Part shown: piece after piece, positions 39,101-55,753 of the stretch
How the letters are laid out: each line of letters opens with the position of its first letter
How positions within the stretch are numbered: the first letter of the stretch is position 1
From: Eledone cirrhosa
Taxonomy: Eukaryota
Length of the DNA stretch: 64,000 nucleotides
NCBI GenBank assembly: GCA_964016885.1
Contig: OZ024741.1
Span: 257,424,001 to 257,488,000 of the forward strand
Direction of reading: 5' to 3'
Translations under genes and position numbers: made by a program
The notes under the pieces: model-generated
Database searches by the model: none
Seen by the model: only the letters and a program-made list of their open reading frames with translations
Told to the model about the DNA's origin: nothing

Positions 39101-39620
39101 AAATAGTAGATAGGAAAAAAATACAGTAGAAAATGGTGGAGGGATTTTTCAGTATAATATTAAAACATTTATTTATAAAATCGGGATTTCTGCCCTTAAT
39201 AGTGTACCGGTTTCAGCTTTATATGCTTTTTCAATGACGGAAGTGTATAGTGCAGTTAAATTGCATATTTATATGAATAATAATAAAATGGAGAAAAAGT
39301 TTTAGTTTTTACATACATATTTAGAGAGGAAAGTTCATATTTTTGTCCGAAGTTTTCTTTCGTTCTCTGTTAGTGTTGACCAACAGAGGTGGTAGCAGTC
39401 ATCACCTCATATAAATATGCAATTTAACTGCACTATACACTTCCGTTGTCGAAAAAGCATTCAAGTCGAAATCGGTACACGATTAAGTGCAGAAATCCTG
39501 ACTTTATAAATGTTTTGATATTATACTGAAAAAACCCTCAGCAATTTCTACTGTATTTTTCTCCTTTTTACTATTTGTTTATATATATCAACTCATGTGT
39601 CACTTTGCTACATTCCATAT
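39096..39620 (+). mobile_element. Older foldback mini-element with hammerhead motif (39202-39238 minus; decayed copy about 39445-39480 plus)
   Basis: Arms about 39096-39276 and 39407-39585. Minus strand TTGAAAA-agc...gct-GAAA-ccggt-A. Confidence 0.72.
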
Positions 39621-39741
39621 ACATATATTAGAGCTTTGCATGGGTGCTTGGTACCTCGTGGATTCATACTCATGTATTTATCGGGGTTGTTCCATTATCC
39701 TGTTCATCCATAGCTAACATTAAACAGGTATTCTTTGATGC

Positions 39742-39940
39742 AGGGCTAGAAGGACAGTAATAATAGTGGCAGAATTTGTTGAGGCTGTAAAGGTTAGAAG
39801 GACAGTAGTAGTAATGGCAAAATTTTATGGGGCTGGTAAGGGCTAGAAGGACAGTAGTAGTAATGGCAGAATTTGTTGGGGGCTGGTAAGGGCTAGAAGG
39901 ATCGTGGTAGTAATGGCAGGATATATTGGGGCTGGTAATG
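39742..39940 (+). repeat. About 49-bp tandem repeat, about 4 copies
   Basis: GGGCTAGAAGGACAGTAGTAGTAATGGCAGAATTTGTTGGGGCTGGTAA recurring. Confidence 0.8.
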
Positions 39941-40444
39941 TGTGAGGACATGTTGCTGTGGTTTGATTGGTTGGAGAGCCTATGCTGGTGTGTGGGGGCG
40001 GGTGGGATTTAAATTGTGAGATAGATCGCCTACATGGCTTGGGTAAACCAGCGAGGTTTATTTTGTAGAGAAAATGGAAATATGTAATTTGTGGTGACAA
40101 ACGGACAAAAATAATATAATACAACAATGTATACATAACATTTTCAACTATATATATCCGGGTCTGGGTATAATTTTCAATCATATTTTATTATTTGTTT
40201 GACCCGAATAGCTTGGTCGTTTCTATGGCTTTGCGGATAATGGTTTAACCATCGTCTCAGTGGCCTTTTAACGCACGTTGTTGCTCTAGTTCACTAGTCT
40301 CTATGGAGCGCTTGCCACACATCTCGGAAGTTGTTTTTCGTTAATTTCCAATAGCCGAAATGCGATTCTCGCTAATTTATATTTGTATATATATATATAT
40401 GTGTATGCATGTATATGTATAAGTACATATATATATATACATAT

Positions 40445-40790
40445 CATCATCATCATCATTTTACGTCCGCTTTTCCCTGCTTGCAAGTGTGGGACGGGAA
40501 CTGATTCTGGCTTGATTTCTACAGCTGGATGCCCTTCCTAACACCGACCTCATTTACAGTGAGTGCTGGGTGCGTTTTTGTCGTGGCAGCCCCACAACCA
40601 CTTTGTAGTGGAATGATATGGACCCCAGTCCCTATCATCTCATTTCTACAGCTCAGTAAATTGGAGCAATGTGAAATAAAGTGTCTTGCTCAAGGAAACA
40701 ACACATCACTCGGTCTGAGAATTGAACTCACAACCTTTCGATTGCAAGGTCAATGCTCTAACCACTAAGCCATGTGCCTCCACACACACA
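40445..40790 (-). mobile_element. tRNA-headed SINE sequence with (ATG)n RTE-like tail (possibly two fused pieces)
   Basis: Head GGCACATGGCTTAGTGG..., CORE-like CCTTGAGCAAGACACTTTATTTCAC, GGAAGGGCATCCAGCTGTAGAAA, and (ATG)n tail. Confidence 0.7.
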
Positions 40791-40817
40791 CACACACATA
40801 TATGTATGTATGCATAT

Positions 40818-44804
<3,987 letters not shown>

Positions 44805-44806
<2 letters not shown>

Positions 44807-45692
44807 GATATTAACAAATGGAAACTATATTTATAAAACCATATTTATTTCATTATACATATTTCAAGGACACCAAGTTAAAATATGGTGTGCTTTCATC
44901 AGATAAAATATAATATAGAGAAAGAGAAAGATAGAGAAGGAGAGAGAGAGAAAAAGAGAGAGAGAGATAGAGAAAGAGCAGAACAACAGAGAGAGAAAGA
45001 TGGAGAGAGAGAGGAGAGACAGAGAAAAGGGGAGAGAATGAAAAACTCTAAGTCATATCTTGTTGAGTTAACTTAACAATTGAAATGAAATGAATAAATA
45101 AAATTAGAAATGTTAATAATCATGAATGGAATATACATATATAATAGGAGAAATTTAACCATTGTTTAAATATGATTAGATGTTTAGTTAATCATTTAAA
45201 ATATTGAGATCAATATATTAAAAATTGGGATCTATATATTAAGAAATCCATATATTATTAAAGATCTATATATTATATAGCACGGATCTGGTCTTTCTCT
45301 ATCTCTCTCTCTTTTTTTCTCTCTCTCTCCTTCTCTATCTTTCTCTTTCTCTGTAACCCAACGGCTTATTTTAAAAATAAAAATATCCAATACTAATAAT
45401 ATAATTAAAGCTACACCTCCACTATCCGGGAGCTTCCAACAGCAATGGTTGCATTCTTTAAGGGTATGTCAATATTTATTTATAAAACTGATCTATATTA
45501 TATTTTATCTGATGAAAGCACACCATAATTTAAGTAGGTGTCCTTGAAATATGTATAATGAAATAAATATGGTTTTATAAATATAGTTTCCATTTGTTAA
45601 TATCGTATTTTTACTCCAAATATTTGTTGAGTGCTTTATATCAGTTATAAAAATATTTGCTTGTTGTTTCCCAACAATTTAAATAGAACCTT

Positions 45693-45695
<3 letters not shown>
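44805..45695 (+). mobile_element. ORF-less foldback element of a family related to 41015-44750, with opposed hammerheads
   Basis: Terminal about 105 bp mirrored, plus mirrored GA/TC tracts. CTGATGA-aag.acacc...ggtgt.ctt-GAAA-tatgta at about 45509-45555, mirrored at about 44855-44902. Same tail as the neighbouring element. Confidence 0.85.
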
Positions 45696-45770
<75 letters not shown>

Positions 45771-46323
45771 AAAGTAGAATAGCTTTCACCGTATTTTTTA
45801 CTAAAGGAATTTTAGCCTGATAATGGGGTTTAGACCCTCAGATAAATGGAAAAAGATGAATATTGACGTACATGTTTCAAAACATACTTACTTGATCTAT
45901 ATATATATATATATATAATATTAAATTCAAATATTAATAAATAGATGTTCTTGTGATCAATAAAATTCTATTATATATATTTCAGTGGTACGTGAATCAG
46001 GTTCAGCAGTACGTCCTCATCAGATAAAATAAAATGATACATGATTCACGTACCTGATTCACGAACATGATTCATGAACCTGATTCACGTACCTCTGAAA
46101 TATGTATACTAAAATTTGATTGATCACAAGAACATCTAATTTATTAATATTTGAATTTAATATTATATTAATAACTCTGGAAAATATGTACTGTAGAGTG
46201 CTTCCAATCTACTGTAAAACTCATTCTTTGATGTACTCATTGAATCTTGTTTAACTCTTTAATATATATTGCTCCCAATTGGTTGAGCGTTTTTCTATAC
46301 AATAGATTGCATATTCAATAAAT

Positions 46324-48520
46324 ATGGATTTCTTAAACTTCCCGACATCCCTCAAGAATATACCAATACCTTCAAATGAGGAATACATGAGGAAAGTTAT
46401 CGAACAAACAAACTCTTTTATTAGAAGAATGAGATGGCGAGCATTTCATTTCGAAAATAAAGATGCTGAAAGAAAAACCAACAGCAATCATTTCGAATCT
46501 TTATTTAAATCAAGAAAGAATCCTCCATACAACAAACTCCTGGAAGATTTTGAAACTGAAATGCTCGATAAAAAAATTAAATTTAGGAAAAACCCATTTA
46601 TAGGTCACCAATACCTTAGAACTCTAAAAGAAAAAATCACGGAAATAAAAAAATGTTAACAAAATATTTGTTAAATCGGAAAAAACAAATAATTTATATC
46701 GGATAAACAAAGAAGATTATAACAACTTGATTTTAAAGGAACTTAGGAAAAATTATAAAAAAGCCCCGGCTGAAGATCTTACAGAAATTAACGAGGATGC
46801 TTATAAATTAATTACCAACTTAAGAATAGAAGGAAGAACCGAGCCACTTATACCTAGGCAACCGCGGATTAACCTAAAAGATCACAAAAGAAACTTTGAG
46901 GAAGATATGCCAGTTAGATTGATTGCTCCATCCAAATCAGATATTGGAGTAATCAGTAAAAACATCATCGATAGAATTCTACCTGCTCTTAAATTGAGAT
47001 CTAATTTGAACTTGTGGAAAGATACAAATAAAGTCATAGAATGGTACAAGAATATAGATGATAAGAAAAACCATGAATTCATCCAGATGGACATAACAAG
47101 CTACTATTCTTCCATAACACCCAACCTACTAAATAAGGTTCTTTCATACGCTTATAAGCATACTGATCTAACCACGGATGAAATTGATATCATACTAACA
47201 GCTAGAAGAACTCTTATTAACTTCAACAATGAGTATTGGACCCGCTCAGATAGAGATAGAAACTTTGATATTACTATGGCGGCATCCGATTCTGCGCAAA
47301 TCACAGATCTTCTGGGAATTTTCATATTATATATGATATATATAAAACTGCCGGAGATTACCGGTGGTTTATATAGGGACGACATTTTATTTACGGTGGT
47401 CAAACACAACAATATTACTAAATAGAGTAAAGAAAAGTATAATTGAATTCTTTAAAATGTCCGACCTTAAGTTAGAAGTAGAAAATGGTACCAAAATAGT
47501 TAATTTCCTAGATGTTACGTTTAACTTAAACTCTCGCTTTTAATACTCTTTTCATAAGCCCAATGAAAACTTAAACTATGTTAGTTACTACTCTAATCAC
47601 CCTAAATCTGTAAAAAAGGCTATAGTAAATAGTGTGCAAAAACGCATTAATAGAATATCAGCCAATAAAGCAATATTTGATGTAAATGCAGGATACTACA
47701 ACGAAGCGCTAAAAAGAGCAGGATACGAGAATAATATAGAATATGTAGATAATAATAAAAATAACGGCATATATAAACGAAATCCTAATTATAATTCAAA
47801 CACCTATATGGCGAACAAACCGAGGAAAAGAACTACAACTAAATCAGTTATATGGTTTGCCCCCCCCCCTCCCGCGCTTCAGTAGCAGTTAGAACACCAA
47901 TTGCAAACCTATTCTTTAAAGCTTTGGACCGCTCTTTCCCTAGTCAACATAAATACCATTCCATTTTTAATAGACACACTATTAAATTATCTTATTCTAC
48001 AACTATGAATATGGCCCAAAACATTGCTAAAATAAACAGTAAAATTCTAAAGCAGAATCAGCATAATGATTTTAATAATAGTGTTAACATAAATAATAAT
48101 AAATCAAAATGTAATTGTAGAAATAAACCTGATTGCCCTCTGCAAAATAATTGTTTGGATAGTAATTTGGTGTATAAATGCACCGTAAAAAACTGATTAC
48201 AACACATACAACTACATAGGATCGACTTCTTCTACATTTAAGGCTAGATTTGCGAATCATAAATGCTCATTTTCGAATTCTAATAGGAAATCATCAACTT
48301 CTTTATCACAGCTTATATGGTCATTAAAAGACAAAAATTTAAAATACTCCTTCTTTTGGACGAAACTTTGTAATAGTGGAGTTTACCGCAATTCAAGTAT
48401 ATCAAGTAACTGTCCGCTTTGTACAATGGAGACCCTTTTGATTATTAATAATTATGAAAACTTAATTAACAAAAAAAGTGAATTATTCTCAAACTGCCTT
48501 CATAAAGCCTTGTCTACATT
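46324..48520 (+). pseudogene. Naiad-like RT + GIY-YIG ORF, several frameshifts
   Basis: SLKNIP...FIRRMRW; LKDHK..F; PVRLIAPSKSDIG.ISK; MDITSYYSSIT; FDITMA; GLYRDD; VNFLDVT; CNCRNKPDCPLQNNC..NLVYKC; YIGST; CPLC. Confidence 0.93.
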
Positions 48521-50292
48521 CCAAACCTCGCATAAGACCAGGAAAAAAACATTAAGCAACCAAGCCTGGTTTTTAGACGTACATCACCAACTGTTGAAAA
48601 TATAAATCTTAATGGCTTATCAAACTTTAATATTGCTTTATCTTCTAACCATCTATAAAGGAAATGACGTTTGAATGAATGACATTTGTTTAATAACATG
48701 CTGCCACGTTGATATACATAACATGGCTTTTGGGATATTTTTATCTTTGATCCAGACCTTTATTTATCTATCTTTATTTTTCTATCTCTGTTTTAAATAT
48801 AGTTTAAATATCTAACCTGTAAATTTTTACGGACCTTATTTTGAACTGTTGATATACATAACATATGGCTTTTGGATATTATTAACTTTGATCCAGACCT
48901 TTATTTCTCTATCTTTATTTTTCTATCTCTGCTTTAAATATAGTTTAAATATCTAACCTGTAAATTTTTACAAACTTTATTTTGAACTGTTGATCATTCA
49001 CGCGTTTACATTTTTTTGTTGTATATATATATGTATGTATTTTATTTTATAGTTATGCATGTATGAATCTATTTTCTAAGAGTATAATCGTTTTCCTTTA
49101 CCAAAAGTATACTGTCTCATTAATACTTAGTATATCTCTCTATATGTAGTTTTTGCAAATATGTTTATATCGTATAATAACATAATTCATAATTATTGTT
49201 AGGTACTTCTCTGTATATAGCTTTGTGCATTTATCTTTATAACGTATAATAACATAATAATAATTATTGTTCGGTATAACGCTATATATAGTTTGTGCAA
49301 ATATATGTATATTGTACAATAACATAATCATTATTTAGAGTTCGTTCTTCCATTGAAGCTAGAACTAATATAATGATTTAATATAATATAATAAATAATA
49401 ATTTATAGTCCTCTTATTATGATAAATGCACGCACATATATATATAGCTGTAAACTCTGCGTTAATTATTATACTTTAGACAATATATCTATTTAACAAT
49501 AAATTCCTCGATATTTATAACAGTAAGTACTTCATAGATTATACATACCGAAAATGTTGACACTGTTACAAGTAATTTTGTTAAAGATTACATTTATGTG
49601 AATATTGAACAGTATATATTCTTCTTTCGCGGGCTTAGTAAATCATTTAAATTTGTTTTCATAAAACTTCGAATTTTAGAAATGTAACACATTTTTTAAA
49701 TTTATAAAACTTATAAAATTAATACAAATAACCATCAACTTTTAAAACCTAAAATTTATGTGAATATATGAACAGTATATATTTTTCTTTCGAGGGATTA
49801 GTAAATCCTTTAAATTTGTTTTCATAAAACTTCGAAATATAAAATTTATTAAATTTATAAAATTAATACAAATAACCATCAACTTTTAAAACCTAAAATT
49901 TTGATTCTTCACCCTAAAATAACATAAATTAAATATTTTGAAATTTAACTGCTAAGTCTATACGTGTCCGATGAACATTTCTGCATAAATTACTCCCCTT
50001 TATCTCTCCCTCTCTTTAATTATCTATCAGTTGATTTCTCAAGCCAAAACATTATAACTCCAGAGACGCCTTCCCCTATAATCCTAATTGTAGTATCCCA
50101 GATTTTAAAAACTCTAAAACTGTTACATTAAAGCAATGTTTTTCCTTACTCACACCTTCTCTATTGATTCTATTACGTTTTCCCATGTTCTCACTATTAG
50201 GGTATAAAAGTTGAGTTTTCTCATACGTTAATCACTACCTTGATTAAATCGTAACCATCTAACATCTCAGGGTATGTCATGTATCATTTTAT

Positions 50293-50352
50293 TTTATCTG
50301 ATGAGGACGTACTGCTGAACCTGATTCACGTACCTCTGAAATATGTATAATA
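50293..50352 (+). ncRNA. Hammerhead motif in the Naiad pLTR (mirror copy 45972-46028 minus)
   Basis: CTGATGA (50298) - stem II ggacgtac...gtacctct - GAAA (50338) - tatgta; stem I is weak. Confidence 0.7.
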
Positions 50353-50498
50353 AAATTTAATTGATCACAAGAACATCTATTTTATTAATATTTGAATTTA
50401 ATATTATATTAATAACCCTGGAAAATATTTTTTTGGTAGAGTGCTTCCAATCTACTGTAAAACTCATTCTTTGATGTACTCATTGAATCTTGTTTAAC

Positions 50499-50605
<107 letters not shown>

Positions 50606-50828
50606 AGATAACAAAATATCGTTGTAGGTAATCCAGTTAGAGGTTGTGAATACTTTGAATTGTGGATAGTTTTAGCGTACAGCGTTGTTTGACTCAACAA
50701 TAGGCATCCGTAGGTGGCGAGTTTATGGAATCTCTTGCCTTCCTATGTAAGTTTATCTTGGAGTAATAATATTGAAAGGGTGAAGAATAACATGGTTAAC
50801 AGTACAAAAAAGGATTTTATTTACAGTA

Positions 50829-50930
50829 TTAACAATTGTTTCACTGATTAAGTTGTCTAAAAATTGCTGAACACTTGAAGCTGTGCCACGCAATTTTAAA
50901 TACGTTGTTAGCTTAACCAGATCATCAGAA
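50829..50930 (-). ncRNA. Hammerhead motif with long stem-II insertion in a PLE terminal remnant (about 50602-50970)
   Basis: CTGATGA-t-ctggttaag[about 55 nt]cttaatcag-t-GAAA-caattgt-T: 9-bp stem II and palindromic ACAATTGT. Confidence 0.65.
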
Positions 50931-51099
50931 GGACTGTTAAAAATATGCTCAGCGTCTACGAATTCAAATTACAACATCATTAATAAAGAAAGAGAGAGAA
51001 AAAAGAAAGAGAGAAAAAAAGAAAAAAAGAAAAAGATATAAAGAAAAGGAAAAAGAAGAACAAAGAGAAAAAACAATGACAACAACAATAAATGAATTA

Positions 51100-51320
51100 C
51101 CCAGCAGTCATCATCCATGCGCATCACATGTCCATACCATCTCAGTCTTCTCTCCCGCACAACTTATCCCTCTTAAACGCAGTTTCTCTCTCAACACATC
51201 CATGCTCGGTCGTTCACACACATTGATATTGGACAACCAGCGGAGCATGCTTGCTTCATTTCTCTCCAGCCGTCACATATCCTCCACTGTTGCTCCCATG
51301 TCTCACTACCATGCAGCATA
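51100..51320 (-). mobile_element. RTE LINE 3' fragment
   Basis: MRERRLRWYGHVMRMDDDCWV. Confidence 0.75.
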
Positions 51321-51613
51321 TATATATGTAAATGTATACTAAGCTAAGTTATCATAACATATATAATACGTATGATGATTATGTTTCTCAGTAGAAAAGC
51401 TCAATTGATGTATTTTCAGAGCATCCACCTTAAAGTATATACTTTTTTCCTAGATACTATATGCTTTATATTCATGTACTAAATACTATGTGTTTCTCTA
51501 CCGATACATGGCTCTTTGTCTTTATATATAAATATCTTTTAATATGATTTATTGATGCCCCGGACAATCGTCATTTAATCTTTTCTATTGACAAACATAA
51601 TCATCTTACGTAA

Positions 51614-52524
51614 TCTATATATCTAAAGCAGAGAATGTCTGTTTCCCTGTCTGTCTGTCTCCCTGAAACTCGAGAACCACTCAACCGATTTTTTTCAAAC
51701 TTTACACATCTTGTGAGTGTTTTCAGCAAACAATATTTCAAATTTCCAATGCCTTAGGGTCCGCATTAAGCGAAAAACCGCATATTTTAGGCTTTAAAGG
51801 CTTCTTTTAGGAATAACGGAACAATAATCCGGGCGATTTCTTCAAAATTTGCAATACTTATGTCGTTTAAAGTGTTTTGAGCAAAAAAGATTTTCTCATG
51901 TTTTGCCCCAGGGACCGCATTAGGCGAAAAATTGATTTTGGAAGAATTTTGTTTGCGTTAGAGCCTGTAACTCGAGAAGTACCCAACCGATTTTTTTTTA
52001 ACTTTGCATATGCATTACTCATGTTTCACAAATTTTATTGACTGAAAAAGATTTCAAATTTTTGCCCGGGGACCGCATTGTTTAGAATTCTGGTTGCGTT
52101 AGGGCCTGTAACCTTAAAAGTGTCCAACTAAATTCCTTCATGTTCTCCACCACTGCAGTCCCACATGCTTACTGCTCTGTAACTATTGCTTTCATTGTAT
52201 CATCATCATCACTGTTTTGCGTCCGTTCTTCTACGCTAGCATGGGTTAGACGGCATCATATCACAACAAATACATGTTTGGTTTGTCGAATGCCTTTTTA
52301 CTTAACCCTATCGTCTTGGCTTTCGTGGGTTGAACATTTTACTCTCAGGCACCCAATTAAGTTAAACCCCTGGTAATCTATGACGATTTTTTTTTATAAG
52401 CACAAAATGTAGACACCATCCCCAGGCCGAGGTATTCCGTACTTCTCTGTACTGTTTCAGAAAGGAGGGATAAACATGCCAATCTATGTTTAGAATCCCG
52501 AGCAACGCCGGGCCATTCTGCTAG
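51614..52524 (+). mobile_element. Non-autonomous Helitron
   Basis: A|TCTATATATCTAAAG...CCCGAGCAACGCCGGG...CTGCTAG|T: canonical 5' TC, 3' hairpin plus CTAG, A|T target; internal sub-repeats AACTCGAGAA..AC.CAACCGATTT. Confidence 0.92.
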
Positions 52525-53379
52525 TATATGTTATAATAACTTAACTTAATGGTTTCTAGCGGATACAACGTCCAGTGCTATTGTATCTGCTGCCACAGTT
52601 AAAACATTCTTCACACCATGCTGTCTATAGTTTTGGGTGTCTCTCAGATCCCAACAGATAAAAAGGTGTTTTGTATTTTACTGGAATTTATCCAAAGACG
52701 ATTCCACTGATGATTAGTTTCGCGCCTTCCATAGCTTTACCAAAATCGATAGTTGGTAATCGATTGCTTATTTTTCTTCTGCTTATAAACTATGAAGTGG
52801 TACCGTAAGGAAAACAAGAACTTCCCAACTTAAAGTATGTACTTTTTTCCTACACCCAATGTTCTTTGTAAGCTGCGGAAATGTTTGAAAACTAATCCCC
52901 CTCCCCTGTAGCACAGTAACATTAATTGAGTACTGACATGGTATATAATGATGAATCCAACCTTTATAGAAGATGATGATGATAGTTTGTTGTTCTTTTC
53001 CTTATTTTATTACTAGAATTTTAGTATTTCTATGTAATCATTATCTTCTATGTTGTGTAAAAACAGTTCAATATATTGTTTGTCTCATCTTTTCCGCCGT
53101 TAATATTTGTGCTTGTGGCTGATATTGTTGTATTATTCATTACTTTTAGTAGGAAAAATATATTACTTTGTTGAAAGTTTTATTAGTTAACAACTACAAC
53201 ATATTCTATGTGGCAAATATAACGTTGCTGTCAACAATGAAGCCATTGAAAGTCATTAACTGTAAAATAATTAGATAAAGAATCTAATAAAAGTTTTACA
53301 GTTTTGTTATAACAAATGTGAAACAATGACATAAGCGGACATAAGTTAACATAATGTGAAGAATTGTTTGTAGAGTTAC

Positions 53380-53505
53380 CTTGCCAGAATTCGTAAATTC
53401 TACAATATTCAGATAACCTCCTTTGCATATAATCTCCAAGAAATCTAAAATTTCGTCTTTTTTTTGAATTTTTGTGAGAAGGAATTCATTTTCACAGGAT
53501 GGACC
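53380..53505 (-). CDS. PTP-family gene exon (GPSCENEFLLTKIQKKDEILDFLEIICKGGYLNIVEFTNSGK)
   Basis: tttacAG|...|GTAACT; 126 nt, phase 0/0. Aligns by eye to FIATQxPL..T..DFW.MI......IVML. Confidence 0.8.
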
Positions 53506-54413
53506 CTGTAAATAAATGAACAAAACAAACAAACACAAATTAAAAAATATTAAAGTTGGAAATCAGATGATTCAGTACAATTATGGTCTTAATGTGTGAG
53601 ATTTAAGTCATAGCCTGATAGCTTGAATCTATTTGTTGTAAGAAGTAGTTATCATTGTAAAATCTAATGACAAGATATTTAGACATAAATATACACAAAG
53701 ACATACACATACTCCCCCTCTCTAACACACACACGAACAGATACACACACGAACAGACACACACACAAATTCATTATTTGATATCATACATATAGTTTGC
53801 ACAGCATAACATTTCTTTCCTCAGTCGTTGACTGGATCTTAAAATGATTCTGTAACTTTCCGACATTATCCTTCTCTCTCCTTAACAGCAATGACAAACC
53901 AAGGAATATTCAATTGTTTTGGGTCTACATTCTAGAATACTGTTCTATCTTTCCTGCCAAACAGAAGCCACAACACTAATCTAGAAGTAGAGGAAACTAT
54001 GTTAACTGCACATCAAGTATTTTGTTTTAATATATACTCATGATTTGTTTTAGCTCTCATAATCTTTTGTCATATGTATTTAACATGTCTATGGTTATTA
54101 ATTACCTATTCTCATTTCTCTTCCATAATCCCCTCCTTGTTATCATTCTCAAGATAGAATACTAGTATTATGGATTTAGTTATAAACCCACAATATCCAA
54201 CTTTCACATGAATTATTGTAACCTACTATCCCCATGACTCCTTTCTACTGATCAGTATGTTGTATAAATTGTAGTCATATCTCCCTGATTGATATTTTTG
54301 TCATTACACATTGATGAACAGTTCAACAAATGGTAAAGAAATTAATAATCTGGCTAGGATAGAAAATGATGAGTGAAACAAAATAATAAACCATGCAGAA
54401 AGTATTTACTTAC

Positions 54414-54460
54414 ATTCAGTAAAACGGTTTCGATATTGAGATTTTGTAGCTCTTCGTTTC
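54414..54460 (-). CDS. Putative PTP-family gene exon (xNEELQNLNIETVLLN)
   Basis: ttttaatAG|...|GTAAGT; 47 nt ending in phase 0, compatible with the next exon; position corresponds to the YINAS region. Similarity is weak. Confidence 0.55.
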
Positions 54461-54780
54461 CTATTAAAAGATAATTGTTCTCTAGAAAATTTATGTAAAA
54501 CTTAATGAAACATCTGTATAAATAATATTTATTTAGTGATATTAGACATTGCATGTATCATATTGAAACCGAGCAATTTATTGGCCATCAATTTACGATG
54601 AATATGTTATATAATTATCTCACATAATATCAAATCTATGAGATTTTGATATTATTTGTTTTGAGAACAATAACTTAACATAAGAATGAGCAGCCGGTTA
54701 TGACTGGTTTGAACAGAAAGAGGCGAGAGAATTCTGGCCGGATACGGTCGGTTTAAATGCTAAAGGGTTAACATAATAAA

Positions 54781-54915
<135 letters not shown>

Positions 54916-55066
54916 TATTCGAAAACATCACAACTACCTACCCATTTAGTGTGTATAAATATAGTTATTTTCTAAAAGTGACATATTCATCATCGCAAAA
55001 CAAAATATGAACAGAACTTCTTCAACTCTCGATTTTTAACCTTTACTTTTTAAATCTTAACTTTTA

Positions 55067-55105
55067 GTATTTGATAAGATGGGATAACATCGAAACTGGT
55101 AATAT
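55067..55105 (+). ncRNA. Minimal hammerhead, U3-A8 variant, in a PLE terminal remnant (about 54930-55232)
   Basis: gtat-TTGATAA-gatg[ggataa]catc-GAAA-ctggt-A-atat; stems I and II pair; followed by a tail and (TA)n. Confidence 0.72.
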
Positions 55106-55229
55106 ATTTTAAATATATTTTCTAAAAACTTTTTTTTAATGTTTTTCTCTTGTTTTCAATAATCACTTTGTCGGATTAAAGAAGAAAAAAGATTATTTAA
55201 AAATACTTCAGTACTGCTTCCATTCTTAC

Positions 55230-55279
<50 letters not shown>

Positions 55280-55302
<23 letters not shown>

Positions 55303-55677
55303 TAAACGGAATAGAAAATGCTGACAAATTGTTCACAGTGAAAAATAGTTTAATTAGGAATAAATGAGAATTAGTAATTGTATTGGTTAGTATTCAGTTT
55401 TGGTTTTAAGTTTTACCGGTTGCGCATTTCTAAATGCTTTTCAAAAATAATTTTGAGATAGAGCGTCCGTGATGTTTGCTCTGATCTGATTAGTTTTGGA
55501 AATTCTACCTATTTTTATGTTAAAAAAGTGGCTCCAGCGCTATTAAAATTGGTTTTTGCGCCAATTCGTGTTGCAAAAATTCTCGTGGTCAAAACAATTT
55601 TGATTGGTCGATAGAGGTCATGTGAATGTAAAAAATTGATTTTGCGCCAAGACTGAGAAATGACTCTTTCACAACAA

Positions 55678-55753
<76 letters not shown>

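Noticed and set aside
48190-48200. TGA ending the Naiad ORF segment as possible selenocysteine
   Set aside because: Arises from a 1-nt frameshift in an A-run; not at a Cys position.
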